DNA from: a bacterium
Lineage (GTDB): Bacteria > Cyanobacteriota > Vampirovibrionia > Gastranaerophilales > Gastranaerophilaceae
Direction of reading: 5' to 3'
NCBI GenBank assembly: GCA_017942035.1
Contig: JAGAVG010000051.1
Location: 38,663-102,662 of the forward strand
Length of the DNA: 64,000 nucleotides
The translations under genes were made by a program, and so were the position numbers. Shown here piece after piece: positions 8,188 through 19,122 of the stretch. The notes below the pieces were generated by a model. The model did not search any database, was not told the origin of the DNA, and worked only from the letters and a program-made list of their open reading frames with translations. Within the stretch, counting starts at the first letter, position 1, and every line of letters begins with the position of its first letter.

Positions 8188-9888
8188 ATGATAGAAAAAG
8201 TTAGTTTAAGTAGTTATAAAAATCAATATACCCCGGCGTGTTGTGATGGAAAGAAAAAAGAAAATCCGTCGTTCAGCGGTGTGGGAGATCTTTTGATACG
8301 CGGTGTTCAGGCTTGCGAAAGAGAACCGATGGTTAACGTTACCGTTTTGGATTTGTCAACGGCCATTATTCCGCGAACTTTTTTTGAAACTTTTATAGGT
8401 TCTGAACAAAAAGACGAAAATGGAAATAAAAAAGAACGAAAACTTAACTTTATAGGAGGTTTTGAGGCTCTTAGAAGAGAAGGTTCCGGACTTTTAATCA
8501 ATTGTATTATTCCTAGCTTTATAGTAATGGGAGCCGCAAAACTCCTAGATAGACCGATAATGGGCGATTTTAACAAGTATTCACTTGTAAAATGCTGGGC
8601 TAACGGGGACGCTATTGATAAAATTGAAAAATACTATAAAGCCGCCGGCGGGGCTTCAAATAAAGAAAAAGTATTTAATACTTTGAAATCTATGATTAAT
8701 GACATGGAAGGCGTGGACGGCGATATCAGCAAGGGCGGCTTGAAGAAATTCAAGGATATTTTCTCAAAAGACAGCGATGCAGATAAGATATTGCACGATA
8801 TAACAGATAATATTCTAAAAGATAAACCGGATGGCAAAGCGATTAATAAATCTATAAATGAATTAATCGGCAAGACCGGAATTTCAGAGAATATAAGGTT
8901 TACCGGAGAACAAGGATTTTCTTCAAACAGCTTCAAATCTCTACTGGAAAGTTCCTCAAGAGTACTTCATGGTGTTGTGAAAGAAGATATAAAAGATTCA
9001 GAAAGACTTTCAAAATACTTTACAAAAGCTAAAAGGCTGGTAAATGCGAAAAGTATTGTCGGTCTTGGAATAATTATACCGCTTGCAATTGCGGCTCAGC
9101 CGATTAACAGATGGATTACGCATAAAATTTCCGGTAAAAAAGGTGCTCCTTTATATAATGATGATAAAGAACGCGTATTAACTCCGGAAGAAAAAGCAAA
9201 ATTAACTGCTCAAAAATGTTTTGCAGTGCCGTTAATGGCTGGAGTTGCCGGCTTATCAATGTTAATGGACAGGCCGTCATTGAAGATGTTCCAGTTTAAA
9301 AATATATTCCCGACAATGGATCAGGCAAGAATTATTTCTGCCGCAACATTCTCCAGCAGAATTGCCGCATCAGAAGATTCAAATGAGTTAAAAGAAAATA
9401 CAATTAGAGATATCGCAACATTCTCAAGTTTCTACTTCCTCGGTGACTATGCCGCAAAAGGTATTGCCACATTGCTGGAAAAACGTAATAAAGATATTAA
9501 ACTCATTAACAGGCTTAAAACTCCGGACAAGAATGCAAATGTATTCAAAAAATTCTGGAATTGGGCAAAGCATACAAATATTAAGTCAACCGACGAACTT
9601 AATGCAATTAAAGATACGGCATTAAAAAACAAGAGCAAAAATTTAAGAACAATATGTCAGCTAGGAAATATAGCATTTTCTCTGTTGTCACTTGGTATAT
9701 TTATTCCGCTTTATACAAGAACGCAAACGAACAAAAAAGAATTAGCAAAACGCAAAGCATTGAATGAACAAGCGAAAGCCGCCTTTACGGCGTCAAAAGA
9801 TGACGCATTACCCGCGAACGGACGATCACAAAGCCCGTCGTCGAGCGTTTTATCAGGTACATCTTTTGAAAAGTTTATGAAATCGTAA
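8188..9888 (+). CDS. Hypothetical polytopic membrane protein, paralog A of a tandem pair.
   Basis: No recognisable catalytic motif. Shares with the downstream ORF the VIPRT, GLGI..P.AI...QPIN, (F/L)PT(M/I)DQ and IASR motifs and a C-terminal KRKA..QAKA tail. Four or five predicted TM segments. Confidence 0.6.
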   Translation: MIEKVSLSSYKNQYTPACCDGKKKENPSFSGVGDLLIRGVQACEREPMVNVTVLDLSTAIIPRTFFETFIGSEQKDENGNKKERKLNFIGGFEALRREGSGLLINCIIPSFIVMGAAKLLDRPIMGDFNKYSLVKCWANGDAIDKIEKYYKAAGGASNKEKVFNTLKSMINDMEGVDGDISKGGLKKFKDIFSKDSDADKILHDITDNILKDKPDGKAINKSINELIGKTGISENIRFTGEQGFSSNSFKSLLESSSRVLHGVVKEDIKDSERLSKYFTKAKRLVNAKSIVGLGIIIPLAIAAQPINRWITHKISGKKGAPLYNDDKERVLTPEEKAKLTAQKCFAVPLMAGVAGLSMLMDRPSLKMFQFKNIFPTMDQARIISAATFSSRIAASEDSNELKENTIRDIATFSSFYFLGDYAAKGIATLLEKRNKDIKLINRLKTPDKNANVFKKFWNWAKHTNIKSTDELNAIKDTALKNKSKNLRTICQLGNIAFSLLSLGIFIPLYTRTQTNKKELAKRKALNEQAKAAFTASKDDALPANGRSQSPSSSVLSGTSFEKFMKS

Positions 9889-9901
9889 AGGAAAATCAGT
9901 T

Positions 9902-11563
9902 ATGGAAATAAATATCAATACCCCAAAATTTGAACAGCAAAACAAAAAGTATAATTATAATAATCAGCAGACATTTACAGGTTTGGCTGATAATACGACA
10001 GCGCTTTTAAGATTTCTTGATACAAATCAGGCAATCGGTGCAAACTGTGTCGATTTAGGCTCTATGGTAATTCCTAGAACCACGGTTGACTTTATTAACC
10101 GCGGTCCTGATGCCGGAACTGAAACTGCCCGAAGAGAATCAATGGGTACGATTAACCATTCTTCTGTTGGACTTTACGGTACTTTTGCCGGTTTAATGAT
10201 TGCGGCCGGACTTAACAACAAATACGGTATTAAAGCTCACAAGATTTTTGCCGACAACCACACAATTGACACTATTGCTCAAAGCTGGCACGATGCTCAA
10301 AAGGCTAGTGATCCGTTGAAAGAGCATGTAAAAACTTTTGTTAACAGTATTAGAGTTTTAAATACTGATACTGAAAAAACAACCGGACACATTTCTATTC
10401 CGGAAAAAGATAAACAGGAAATTATTGATGCACTTTATAATCAGTTGAAAAATTCTAAAGACCAGACTATAGACAAAGATTTTGCAAAATCAATGCATGC
10501 AATGATTACCGCATCAACCGGCGGAGAAAAAACAGTTTACTTATTGTCAAAAGATAATAAAGAAGCACAAAACACACTGAAAACGTTGATTTCTAATTTC
10601 TACAATACAACGAAAGCATTTTCTACAGGTAAAGCTGTTGAAGCGTTCAAAAATTCAGCTGATGTTAACGGCAATGAGCTTGTTAAAGCCTTGAAGAAAA
10701 TGAACATCACGCGTTCTGCTATCGGTTTAGGTATTGCAACAGCAATTGGTGTATCAACTCAGCCGATAAACATGTATTTGACGAAAAAGAAAACAGGTAA
10801 AGATGGTTTTGTCGGAGTTGAAGGCAGAGAAAAAGATAACTCTTCAGAATTTAAAATGATGAAAACTATCGGAGCCTTAATTTTTGCTGGCGGAGCTCTT
10901 GCAACAATTACAACTAATCCGAAGAAATTCTTAAGCAAAATTCAATTCCAGGGAATGCTCCCGACAATTGATCAGCTTAAACTCGTCTATGGTATGACAA
11001 TTGCTTCAAGACTTCTTGCAGCAAGGGATAAGGATGAACTTAGAGAATCAGCAGTAAAAGATTCATTAGGATTTTTGAACCTCTTGATTTTAGGAAGCCT
11101 TGTTACTAAGGGGGCCGCAAGAGGACTTGATAAAACTCTTGTTAACGAAACAGTTTCTAAAGGTAAGAGCTGGTTTGGAAAATTCGCAGATTCAAGCCTG
11201 AAAACAAGAGATGAAGTTCTTCTTCCTCTTCTTAAAAAGAACGGAATTAATGTTGTAAAAGATGGAAAAGCTGTTCCGTTTAAAGATTTAATGAAAGAAG
11301 TTTCAAAACTTAATCCGGATGAACAAAAGGCGATAAAGAAAAAACTACGTGCTCTTAATATAGCTCAAATTGTCGGATATTTGTATTCAGGACTTGTTTT
11401 GGGTGTTGGAATTCCGAAACTTAACATCTATATGACAAACAAATCAGAAGCAAAACGCAAAGCAAAACTTGCACAAGCTAAAGCTGACAATGCTAATCCG
11501 GTGTTCAGCAGTGAAAATCAAGATTTTCTTAAATCAAAATACAAATCTTTTATATCAGCATAA
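9902..11563 (+). CDS. Hypothetical polytopic membrane protein, paralog B of the tandem pair.
   Basis: Same motif order as 8188-9888. Separated from it by 13 nt and preceded by an SD-like aaggaaaa. Confidence 0.6.
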   Translation: MEININTPKFEQQNKKYNYNNQQTFTGLADNTTALLRFLDTNQAIGANCVDLGSMVIPRTTVDFINRGPDAGTETARRESMGTINHSSVGLYGTFAGLMIAAGLNNKYGIKAHKIFADNHTIDTIAQSWHDAQKASDPLKEHVKTFVNSIRVLNTDTEKTTGHISIPEKDKQEIIDALYNQLKNSKDQTIDKDFAKSMHAMITASTGGEKTVYLLSKDNKEAQNTLKTLISNFYNTTKAFSTGKAVEAFKNSADVNGNELVKALKKMNITRSAIGLGIATAIGVSTQPINMYLTKKKTGKDGFVGVEGREKDNSSEFKMMKTIGALIFAGGALATITTNPKKFLSKIQFQGMLPTIDQLKLVYGMTIASRLLAARDKDELRESAVKDSLGFLNLLILGSLVTKGAARGLDKTLVNETVSKGKSWFGKFADSSLKTRDEVLLPLLKKNGINVVKDGKAVPFKDLMKEVSKLNPDEQKAIKKKLRALNIAQIVGYLYSGLVLGVGIPKLNIYMTNKSEAKRKAKLAQAKADNANPVFSSENQDFLKSKYKSFISA

Positions 11564-12539
11564 ATATTAATGCGGATATTACCATCGCCGGTCCAAACGG
11601 AAGATACGTAAGATTTTCTTGATCTTGTTTCAGACCTTTTAGAATTCTGTAACACAAGAACAAACCAATAGCGGCAAGAATTATTGCACCTATTATGTAT
11701 AATATAATACCATCATTAAATAATCCTGCCTGTTGGAGTGCAAAAAATAAAACAGTGTATCCCGCAAAACAAATCAGCGAAATCAATGTAACTTTATCAT
11801 TGCTGTTAATTAATTTTTTTATGAAAATCGGCAAAGTGAAAATCATTTGAACAATTATACTTCCTAACAGTACTATAATTGTGCTTTTCCAGCCTAAAAA
11901 CGCTCCAAGACCAGCCGCAATATATGTATCACCTTCGCCGAAAGCTCTGGTTCCCGCAAAAACATATCCGGCTCTTGCAAGAATTTCCATTATTAAAACA
12001 CCTGTTATAATACCTAAAATCGAGGTAGTTAATGGGTTGTGCAAAAGCATTTCTTTGTTTAGCACAAAGGTGTCGTTAGTTATATTTAAATATAATGAAA
12101 TTCCGAAAATTAGAAGTGAATAAAAAATTCCAACGCCGATAAGCGAATAAGTATGAGCGTCAAATACAACTTTTTCTTTAATATCAGTGCCGGCAATTAC
12201 TATCAATAGCGCAGATACAATCCAGATAAAGATTGTGTCGATTGAAATTCCGAATTTAAGAAATTCAAAAACAAAAATCAATCCGGTTAAAAGTTCAATA
12301 ATCGGGTATTGAATGCTGATGCGCTCTTTACAAAATCCGCATTTACCGCCAAGTAAAATATATGAAAGTACCGGAATATTATGCCACCATTTTAATTTGT
12401 TTAAGCATTTAGGGCATTTTGAAGGCGGAAAAACAATTGATTCTTCCGATAGGCTCCTTAATATAACCACATTTAAAAAACTTCCGATACATAAGCCTAT
12501 AACAAATACAAATGCAATTAATGCATATATTATGCCCAT
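11550..12539 (-). CDS. pilD: Prepilin peptidase (A24 family, type IV prepilin leader peptidase / N-methyltransferase).
   Basis: N-terminal GSFLNVVI...CPKC...C..C Zn-finger box and multi-TM A24 peptidase body. Consistent with the pilin-like substrates in this window. Confidence 0.85.
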   Translation of the reverse strand: MGIIYALIAFVFVIGLCIGSFLNVVILRSLSEESIVFPPSKCPKCLNKLKWWHNIPVLSYILLGGKCGFCKERISIQYPIIELLTGLIFVFEFLKFGISIDTIFIWIVSALLIVIAGTDIKEKVVFDAHTYSLIGVGIFYSLLIFGISLYLNITNDTFVLNKEMLLHNPLTTSILGIITGVLIMEILARAGYVFAGTRAFGEGDTYIAAGLGAFLGWKSTIIVLLGSIIVQMIFTLPIFIKKLINSNDKVTLISLICFAGYTVLFFALQQAGLFNDGIILYIIGAIILAAIGLFLCYRILKGLKQDQENLTYLPFGPAMVISALIFMLI

Positions 12540-13336
12540 TATTCTTCCTCACTTCCGGTTTTTATGATGTCATACATTTTACTTAAAGCTTTTTTAATTC
12601 TTCTGGAAACCTGCATTTGTGAAATTCCCAGCTTTTCGGAAATTTCTCTTTGATTAAGGTCTGCAATGTAACTAAGCTCAATAATAATTCTCAAATCTTT
12701 TGGCAATTTATAAATTGCACTTGATAACATAATTTTATTTTCGTAAGATTTTAAAAATTCCTGATAATCACCGGCCGGAATTTTATCAAGGAGAGTTATC
12801 TCGTCATCTTCACCTGTTAAAACCTGATCGAGCGAAAGCGCAGTCTTTGTATATTCAGCCTCCATAACCTCATGAACTTTCTTCGGCGAAATATTTACGG
12901 CCGCGGCAATTTGTTCTGCTGTCGGATCCTCAATACCTTCTTCATTAAATTTTTTTACAGCATTTGTTATTTTGTAAACCAGTTCTTGAAGTTCGCGCGG
13001 AGCTTTTATGATAGAACCTTTATCCCTGAGATAATGCTTGATTTCACCTTTTATAAAATAAGACATGTATGTTTTAAATTTTGTATTTTTTTCTTTATCA
13101 AAGAAATCAATAGCCTTAATCAACCCGATTGATCCGACCTGAACAAGGTCTTCCGTTGAAATTCCAGATTGAACAGAAACCGTTCCGGCAATTTTTCTTA
13201 CAAGATACATACACTTTTCAACTATTTGCAGATGAAACATTCTCTTTTTCTTTTCATCCGGGCATGTTTTGTAAAGCTCAATCAAATCTTCTATATCAAT
13301 ATTATTTACATCAATATTTTCGGACGTGTTTGTCAT
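12539..13336 (-). CDS. RNA polymerase sigma factor, sigma-70 family group 3 (SigB/SigF/FliA-like).
   Basis: Region 2 DLVQVGSIGLIKAIDFFD and region 4 LNQREISEKLGISQMQVSRRIKKA match the SigB/SigF type. The stop/start is adjacent to pilD, suggesting an operon. Confidence 0.8.
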   Translation of the reverse strand: MTNTSENIDVNNIDIEDLIELYKTCPDEKKKRMFHLQIVEKCMYLVRKIAGTVSVQSGISTEDLVQVGSIGLIKAIDFFDKEKNTKFKTYMSYFIKGEIKHYLRDKGSIIKAPRELQELVYKITNAVKKFNEEGIEDPTAEQIAAAVNISPKKVHEVMEAEYTKTALSLDQVLTGEDDEITLLDKIPAGDYQEFLKSYENKIMLSSAIYKLPKDLRIIIELSYIADLNQREISEKLGISQMQVSRRIKKALSKMYDIIKTGSEEE

Positions 13337-13463
13337 ATTTGCTCCTGTTCTTCCATTATACCATGACTTTTTTATTGTGAAAATTGTTTAAATAATTTTA
13401 ATATTTTCGCAAAAATAAAGGGTTTATGTTAATATAAAAGAGTTAAGTTAATGGAGAGAAATT

Positions 13464-13745
13464 ATGATTACAATAAAAGATGTTGAGCATGTTGCAAAAC
13501 TCGCAAGATTAGAGCTGACGGAAGATGAAAAAGAATTATATACAAAACAGCTTGGCGACGTTTTAAAATATGTAGATCAGATGAATGAAGTTGATACCTC
13601 AGATGTAAAACCAATGGCTCAGGTTATAGATTTCGTAAATGTTATGAGAGAAGATGAAGTTATCCATGACATTTCAAAAGAAGAATTAATGAAGAATGCG
13701 CCGGAAGAAGAAAATGGCTTCTTCAGAGTTCCAAAAATTAATTAA
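13464..13745 (+). CDS. gatC: Asp/Glu-tRNA(Asn/Gln) amidotransferase subunit C.
   Basis: 93 aa, MITIKDVEHVAKLARLELTEDE is the GatC signature. Confidence 0.85.
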   Translation: MITIKDVEHVAKLARLELTEDEKELYTKQLGDVLKYVDQMNEVDTSDVKPMAQVIDFVNVMREDEVIHDISKEELMKNAPEEENGFFRVPKIN

Positions 13746-13810
13746 ATTGTGTGTAAGGCGGCCCTTAAATTTTCTAAGGGCCATGAATTATTATAAAAGG
13801 GGTTAGGGAC

Positions 13811-15415
13811 ATGACAAAATATATTTTTATAACAGGTGGTGTTGTAAGTTCATTAGGTAAAGGAATCATAGCTGCATCATTAGGAAGATTATTAAGAGCG
13901 AGAGGATTTTCTGTTACAAACCAGAAATTTGACCCGTATATTAACGTCGATCCGGGAACTATGAGCCCATTTCAGCATGGTGAAGTTTTTGTAACCGATG
14001 ACGGCGCAGAAACTGACCTTGACTTGGGGCATTACGAAAGATTTACGGGAACTAATCTGGGACAGATTAATAATGTAACCTCTGGAAGCGTTTACCAGAC
14101 TGTTATTAATAAAGAAAGAAGAGGGGATTACCTCGGCGGAACTGTTCAGGTAATTCCGCATATTACAAACGAAATTAAATCGAGAATTATAAAAGCACAA
14201 AAACAGTTCAAACCGGATTTTCAGATTATTGAAATCGGCGGAACCGTTGGTGATATTGAGAGTTTGCCGTTTGTTGAGGCTATAAGACAGTTTAAAACAG
14301 AGGCCGGAATCGGCAATTCGATTTCAATTCATTGTACGCTTTTGCCGTATCTGCCGACATCCGGTGAATTAAAAACAAAACCGTCACAGCATAGTGTTGG
14401 AGTATTGAGAAGTTACGGTATTCAGCCGGAAATCCTTGTTTGCCGTACAACAAAACCTATTCCAAAAACAGAAAAAGAAAAACTTGCGCTGTTTTGTTCC
14501 GTTCCTAAAGAAGCAGTTATTGAATGCCGCGATATGAAATCAATTTATGAAGTTCCGCTTGCACTAGAAGAACAGAATATGGCAAAAGTTGTGCTTGACA
14601 TGTTACGTGTTGAAGACAGACCGAAAGATTTGGCTTCCTGGTGCTCGCTTGTTGAACATATCAAAAATCCTAAAAAGTCTATAAAAGTTGCGATTGCCGG
14701 AAAATATACAAAACTTTCAGATGCTTATATTTCAGTTGTTGAATCTTTGAAACATGCCGGTTACGTGAATGATGTAGCGATAGAGATTAAATGGATAAAT
14801 TCTGAAGATTGCGTTGACGAGAAGAAATGCAAAGAATTGATGAAAGATATCAGCGCAGTTGTTGTTCCGGGCGGATTTGGAATTCGCGGAATTGAGGGTA
14901 AATTAAATGTTATAAAATATGCAAGAGAAAATAACGTTCCGTTTTTGGGCTTGTGTCTGGGAATGCAGTGTGCGGTAATTGAATACGCAAGAAATGTCGC
15001 CGGCTTGAAGGGCGCAAATTCTGCCGAGTTTGATGAAAACGCACCATATCCGGTTATTGACTTGATGCTTGAACAGAAAAACGTTCAGGGTTACGGCGGC
15101 ACAATGAGATTAGGTGCGTATGACTGCCATTTGAGAAAAGGTTCAAAGGCTCATAAAGCTTACGGAAGTTTAAAAATTTCAGAGCGTCACAGACATAGAT
15201 ATGAAGTAAACAATGAATTCATTTCAAGATTAGAAAATGCCGGTCTTGTGTTCTCCGGAATGTCACCGGACGGTATGTTGGCTGAAATTGTTGAATTGCC
15301 TAAGTTAGATTGGTTTGTAGCATCACAGTTCCATCCGGAATTCAAATCCCGTCCGGAAATGCCGCATCCGCTTTTCAAAGGCTTGATTGATGCTGCAATT
15401 GCACAACAAAAATAA
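13811..15415 (+). CDS. pyrG: CTP synthase.
   Basis: [20 protein letters not shown]-terminus, glutamine amidotransferase region GLCLGMQ, 534 aa. Confidence 0.95.
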   Translation: MTKYIFITGGVVSSLGKGIIAASLGRLLRARGFSVTNQKFDPYINVDPGTMSPFQHGEVFVTDDGAETDLDLGHYERFTGTNLGQINNVTSGSVYQTVINKERRGDYLGGTVQVIPHITNEIKSRIIKAQKQFKPDFQIIEIGGTVGDIESLPFVEAIRQFKTEAGIGNSISIHCTLLPYLPTSGELKTKPSQHSVGVLRSYGIQPEILVCRTTKPIPKTEKEKLALFCSVPKEAVIECRDMKSIYEVPLALEEQNMAKVVLDMLRVEDRPKDLASWCSLVEHIKNPKKSIKVAIAGKYTKLSDAYISVVESLKHAGYVNDVAIEIKWINSEDCVDEKKCKELMKDISAVVVPGGFGIRGIEGKLNVIKYARENNVPFLGLCLGMQCAVIEYARNVAGLKGANSAEFDENAPYPVIDLMLEQKNVQGYGGTMRLGAYDCHLRKGSKAHKAYGSLKISERHRHRYEVNNEFISRLENAGLVFSGMSPDGMLAEIVELPKLDWFVASQFHPEFKSRPEMPHPLFKGLIDAAIAQQK

Positions 15416-15446
15416 TTTGTTTATATAACTGATAAAGGGAAAATTT

Positions 15447-16823
15447 ATGGAAAATAATTTGAAAAAATTTACAACTGCGCAGTTTTTGAATTTTTGTTTA
15501 GGATTTTTCGGTCTGCAATTTGCATGGCAGATGAGAATAATTTTATCCGGTCCCGTAACAGAAGGTTTGGGGGCTGATCCGTTGATTTACGGCTTAATCT
15601 GGCTTGCCGGCCCGTTTACCGGCATGGTTGTCCAGCCTTTGATTGGAACTTTGAGCGACAAAACAGTATCGCCGTTAGGTAGAAGAAGACCGTATCTTTT
15701 GGGCGGTGCACTTTTAGCTTCGATTGCGCTGTGGATTTTCCCTAATTCAGGAAATATAGTTCAAAATATTCAGAATATGACCGGAATTTCACTTCCGGCA
15801 GTTGCGGGACTTTTGCTTGCCGCAATTATGATTTGGGTAATTGATGCCTGTGTAAATATTGCGCAAGGCCCTTATAGAGCATTAGTGCCGGATATTGTTC
15901 CGCAAGAACAGCATTCGCTAGCAAATTCATACATAAGTCTTGCAATAGGTTTAGGATCTGTAATTGCCGCAGGTACAGCTCCGTTTTTAAAATGGGCATT
16001 TGATTATCAAATGTCTATTCCTGCTCAGTTTATTATGGCGGCTCTGGCGTTTTCACTCGGTATGATTTGGACTTGTATTACAATAAATGAACCTAAAATC
16101 GAAAAGCCGAAAGAAGATAAGGAAATTCAAGCTGTAGATAAAAAAAGTTTTATTGATTCTTTAAAGGAATTCTTTGCGCTATCGCCGGAAGTTTCAAAAA
16201 TATGTCTTATGCAGTTTTTCACCTGGATTGGTACAATGTGTATGATGATATTTTTCACACAGTACGCAGTGCACACTGTGTTTTCGGTTCCGGATTTGAC
16301 GAGTGCAAACGAGATGGTCAAAGAGTTTTATTCTCAAGGTTTGCTTGAAGGAACAAATTTTTCATCAGTTTGTTTTGCGATATTTAACTTAATTTGTTTT
16401 ATTGTTGCAATCCCGATTGGAATTTTGTCATCAAAATACGGCAACAAAAAAATTCATATTATATCTTTGTCAACAATGATTTTGGCGTATCTTGGAATGG
16501 CATTTTTCCCGAACACAAAAGTTGTAACCGCAATGATGGCAGTTGCCGGATTAGGCTGGGCAAGCACGCTTGCACTTCCATTTGCAATGCTTTCACAGTA
16601 CATAAAAAAAGGTACGGAAGGTTCAGTGATGGGAATTTTCAATATATTTATAGCTGGCCCTCAGGTTTTTGTCTGCACTCTTGTTGCCTGGATTATTAAC
16701 CAGTGTTCTTTTACGGTAGGGTCTGAATATGTAAATCATCACTGGGAATATGCGATGTTTATTGGGGCGTTGAGCTTACTTGCCGCAGTTATTACAGCAG
16801 GTACTGTTAAGGAAAAACAATAG
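15447..16823 (+). CDS. MFS transporter, GPH/sucrose-symporter-like.
   Basis: 12 TM segments with an RRRPYLLGG motif after TM2, typical of GPH/SLC45-like symporters. Its stop abuts the start of the next gene. Confidence 0.65.
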   Translation: MENNLKKFTTAQFLNFCLGFFGLQFAWQMRIILSGPVTEGLGADPLIYGLIWLAGPFTGMVVQPLIGTLSDKTVSPLGRRRPYLLGGALLASIALWIFPNSGNIVQNIQNMTGISLPAVAGLLLAAIMIWVIDACVNIAQGPYRALVPDIVPQEQHSLANSYISLAIGLGSVIAAGTAPFLKWAFDYQMSIPAQFIMAALAFSLGMIWTCITINEPKIEKPKEDKEIQAVDKKSFIDSLKEFFALSPEVSKICLMQFFTWIGTMCMMIFFTQYAVHTVFSVPDLTSANEMVKEFYSQGLLEGTNFSSVCFAIFNLICFIVAIPIGILSSKYGNKKIHIISLSTMILAYLGMAFFPNTKVVTAMMAVAGLGWASTLALPFAMLSQYIKKGTEGSVMGIFNIFIAGPQVFVCTLVAWIINQCSFTVGSEYVNHHWEYAMFIGALSLLAAVITAGTVKEKQ

Positions 16824-18224
16824 ATGCAAGGTAAAAAGAAAATTCTTTTAATCTATCCGCCGTCGCCTGTTTTAAACAGAGAAGACAGATGCCAGCAGCC
16901 AACTAAGGAATTAATTGTAATTCCACCGCTGCCGCCAACGGATTTGATGTATCTTGCGGCAATATCGGAACAGTGCGGATTCGATGCTCTCATTAGAGAT
17001 TACAGTCAAGGCGGAGATTTTGAAAAAGATTTGAGAGAATTTTCTCCGGATTATCTTCTTGTGAATGTTGCAATGCCGACGTTAGAGAATGATTTAAAGG
17101 CTCTGGATACCTCAAAAGAAATTTGTCCTCAGATTAAAACTATTGCCAAAGGTGCGACTTTTTTAACTTTAGCAAAAGATATTATGGGAAAATCAAGATC
17201 CCTTGATTTTGCAATAATTGGGGAGGCTGAATACACCCTTAAAGAAATTCTGGAAGGGAAAAATCCTTCTGAAATTTTAGGACTTTGTTATAAAAGCGGG
17301 AACGAAATTATTCAAAATGATCAGAGACCGTTTATTGAAAATTTGGACGAACTTCCTTTCCCGGCAAGACATCTTGTGGATAATTCAATTTACAGACGTC
17401 CTGATAACAACAAAGTTCAGGCAACCATAAAAGTTTCAAGAGGCTGTCCGTTCCATTGTTTCTTCTGTCTTGCGACGCCGACTGCCGGAAGCAAGGTTAG
17501 AAAAAGAAGTGCCGAAAATATAATCACTGAGATTAGGGAATGTGTTGAAAAATACGGGATAACTAATTTTCTTTTCTGGTCTGATATTTTTGACATTGAC
17601 AAAGATTGGACTATGAATTTGTGCCGAAAAATTATTGAAAGCGGTCTGAAAATTACATGGTCTGCCAACACAAGAGCCGATACTGCCGATTATGAGATGG
17701 CAAAATTGATGTATAAATCCGGCTGTCGCCTTGTTAGTATCGGGGTTGAAAGCGGCTCTCAATATATGCTTGATAAAATGGGCAAAAATATTACGCTTGA
17801 TGATGTGAGAAAAACGGTAAAATTGTTTAAAAAAGCCGGCATTAGAATTTACAACTACTTTGTAATCGGGCTTCCCTGGGAAACCGAAGAGACTGTCGAA
17901 GATACGATAAAATTTGCCATAGAATTAAACAGTGACTTTATAAGTTTTTACACGGCAACTCCGCTTCCGGGAAGTAAATTCTATGCGTATGCAAAAGAAA
18001 ATAACCTTTTTGACTGCAATACAAGTTTTGAAAGTGCATATTTTTATCCGTCTGTAAATACTCACCATCTAACTAAAGATAGAGTGTTTGAACTTCATAA
18101 AACAGCTCTAAAAAGGTTTTATCTGCGCCCAAAATACATATTAAAAATGCTTTTTAAGATAAGAAGTTTTGAAGAGGTTAAAAACTACTTCACCGCAGGA
18201 TTTAATATTTTACTAAGAAAATAA
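16824..18224 (+). CDS. B12-binding domain radical SAM protein (class B rSAM).
   Basis: N-terminal B12-binding-like domain, CPFHCFFC radical SAM cluster motif. The start codon directly follows the MFS stop codon. Confidence 0.75.
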   Translation: MQGKKKILLIYPPSPVLNREDRCQQPTKELIVIPPLPPTDLMYLAAISEQCGFDALIRDYSQGGDFEKDLREFSPDYLLVNVAMPTLENDLKALDTSKEICPQIKTIAKGATFLTLAKDIMGKSRSLDFAIIGEAEYTLKEILEGKNPSEILGLCYKSGNEIIQNDQRPFIENLDELPFPARHLVDNSIYRRPDNNKVQATIKVSRGCPFHCFFCLATPTAGSKVRKRSAENIITEIRECVEKYGITNFLFWSDIFDIDKDWTMNLCRKIIESGLKITWSANTRADTADYEMAKLMYKSGCRLVSIGVESGSQYMLDKMGKNITLDDVRKTVKLFKKAGIRIYNYFVIGLPWETEETVEDTIKFAIELNSDFISFYTATPLPGSKFYAYAKENNLFDCNTSFESAYFYPSVNTHHLTKDRVFELHKTALKRFYLRPKYILKMLFKIRSFEEVKNYFTAGFNILLRK

Positions 18225-18256
18225 GCACCTTTTATTTTAAAAAGTGCTTATTTTCT
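18224..18256. terminator. Bidirectional intrinsic terminator between convergent genes.
   Basis: Stem aagcaccttttattttaaaaagtgctt with flanking A/T runs. Confidence 0.6.
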
Positions 18257-18279
18257 ATAATATTTAAATTCCTTTCTGA

Positions 18280-19013
18280 TTATTTAAGAGAAAGAATAAA
18301 TCCGCCTTTTTCGGCATTTCTCAATTTGTCGCCTTCAATTTTTGCTCTAAGATTTTTGATGTATTTATATACATAATCTCTTGGAAGTTCAAGCAAAACC
18401 GCCAAATCTTTAGCGTAAACAATTTTGTCTTGATTAGCTGCAAAATGGTCATATACTTTTTGTTCTCTATCAGTTAAAGCCTTTTTGAAAACAACTCGAA
18501 CTTCTTCTCTTAAAGAGTCAATCGGTTCTGATTTTTCTTTTGAAGATGCTTTTTTGTTTAATTTTCAGCGACTTTATTTAATGTTTCTTTAACTTTTTTA
18601 TTAGAAACTTTTTTAGCCGGTTTCTTTGTTGAATTTGTCTTTTTCGGAGTTTCATTAACAACAGTTTTTTTCTCAGGTTCAATATTATCACTATTAGTTT
18701 TGTTGCTATTTTCCTGCGGACTGTCAGCAATTTCCAGTTTTAATTTTGAAGCGGAAAAAGGAGTGATAGAGATTTCTTTTTCCCTTTCAAAAGAGCGCTC
18801 AGCAATTGCACTTAAACGTTCTGAACGTGTACTATTCCAGTCTGTATCGGCAGAAACTGTCGGGTGTCCGTGAAATACTATGTCAATTAAGTCATTAGTT
18901 GGTTTATCTTGTTCAATTTTTTTTCCAAGTCTAGCCGCAAATTCCTCTAAAGTGATTTTTTCTAATGAGCTTCTCCATTGTTTAATCTCTTCTTTGCTCA
19001 AATATTCCGACAT
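18280..19013 (-). pseudogene. DNA-binding protein with a C-terminal sigma-70 region 4 / LuxR-like HTH. It is split by a frameshift in a 4-A homopolymer near 18556.
   Basis: ORF 18558-19013 ends ...KVAEN*. A second frame continues KLNKKASS...LTDREQKVYDHFAANQDKIVYAKDLAVLLELPRDYVYKYIKNLRAKIEG to 18280 with no start codon. Adding one A in gctgaaaatt restores a single frame. Confidence 0.5.
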
Positions 19014-19122
19014 TCATTAATCTCCTATAAAAAAATAATATATTTTCTACATTCTTTAATCTATCACAAACCATGCCAAATAATTCAAAATGTTTCACAA
19101 CGTAAATTTTTATTCAAAATGT

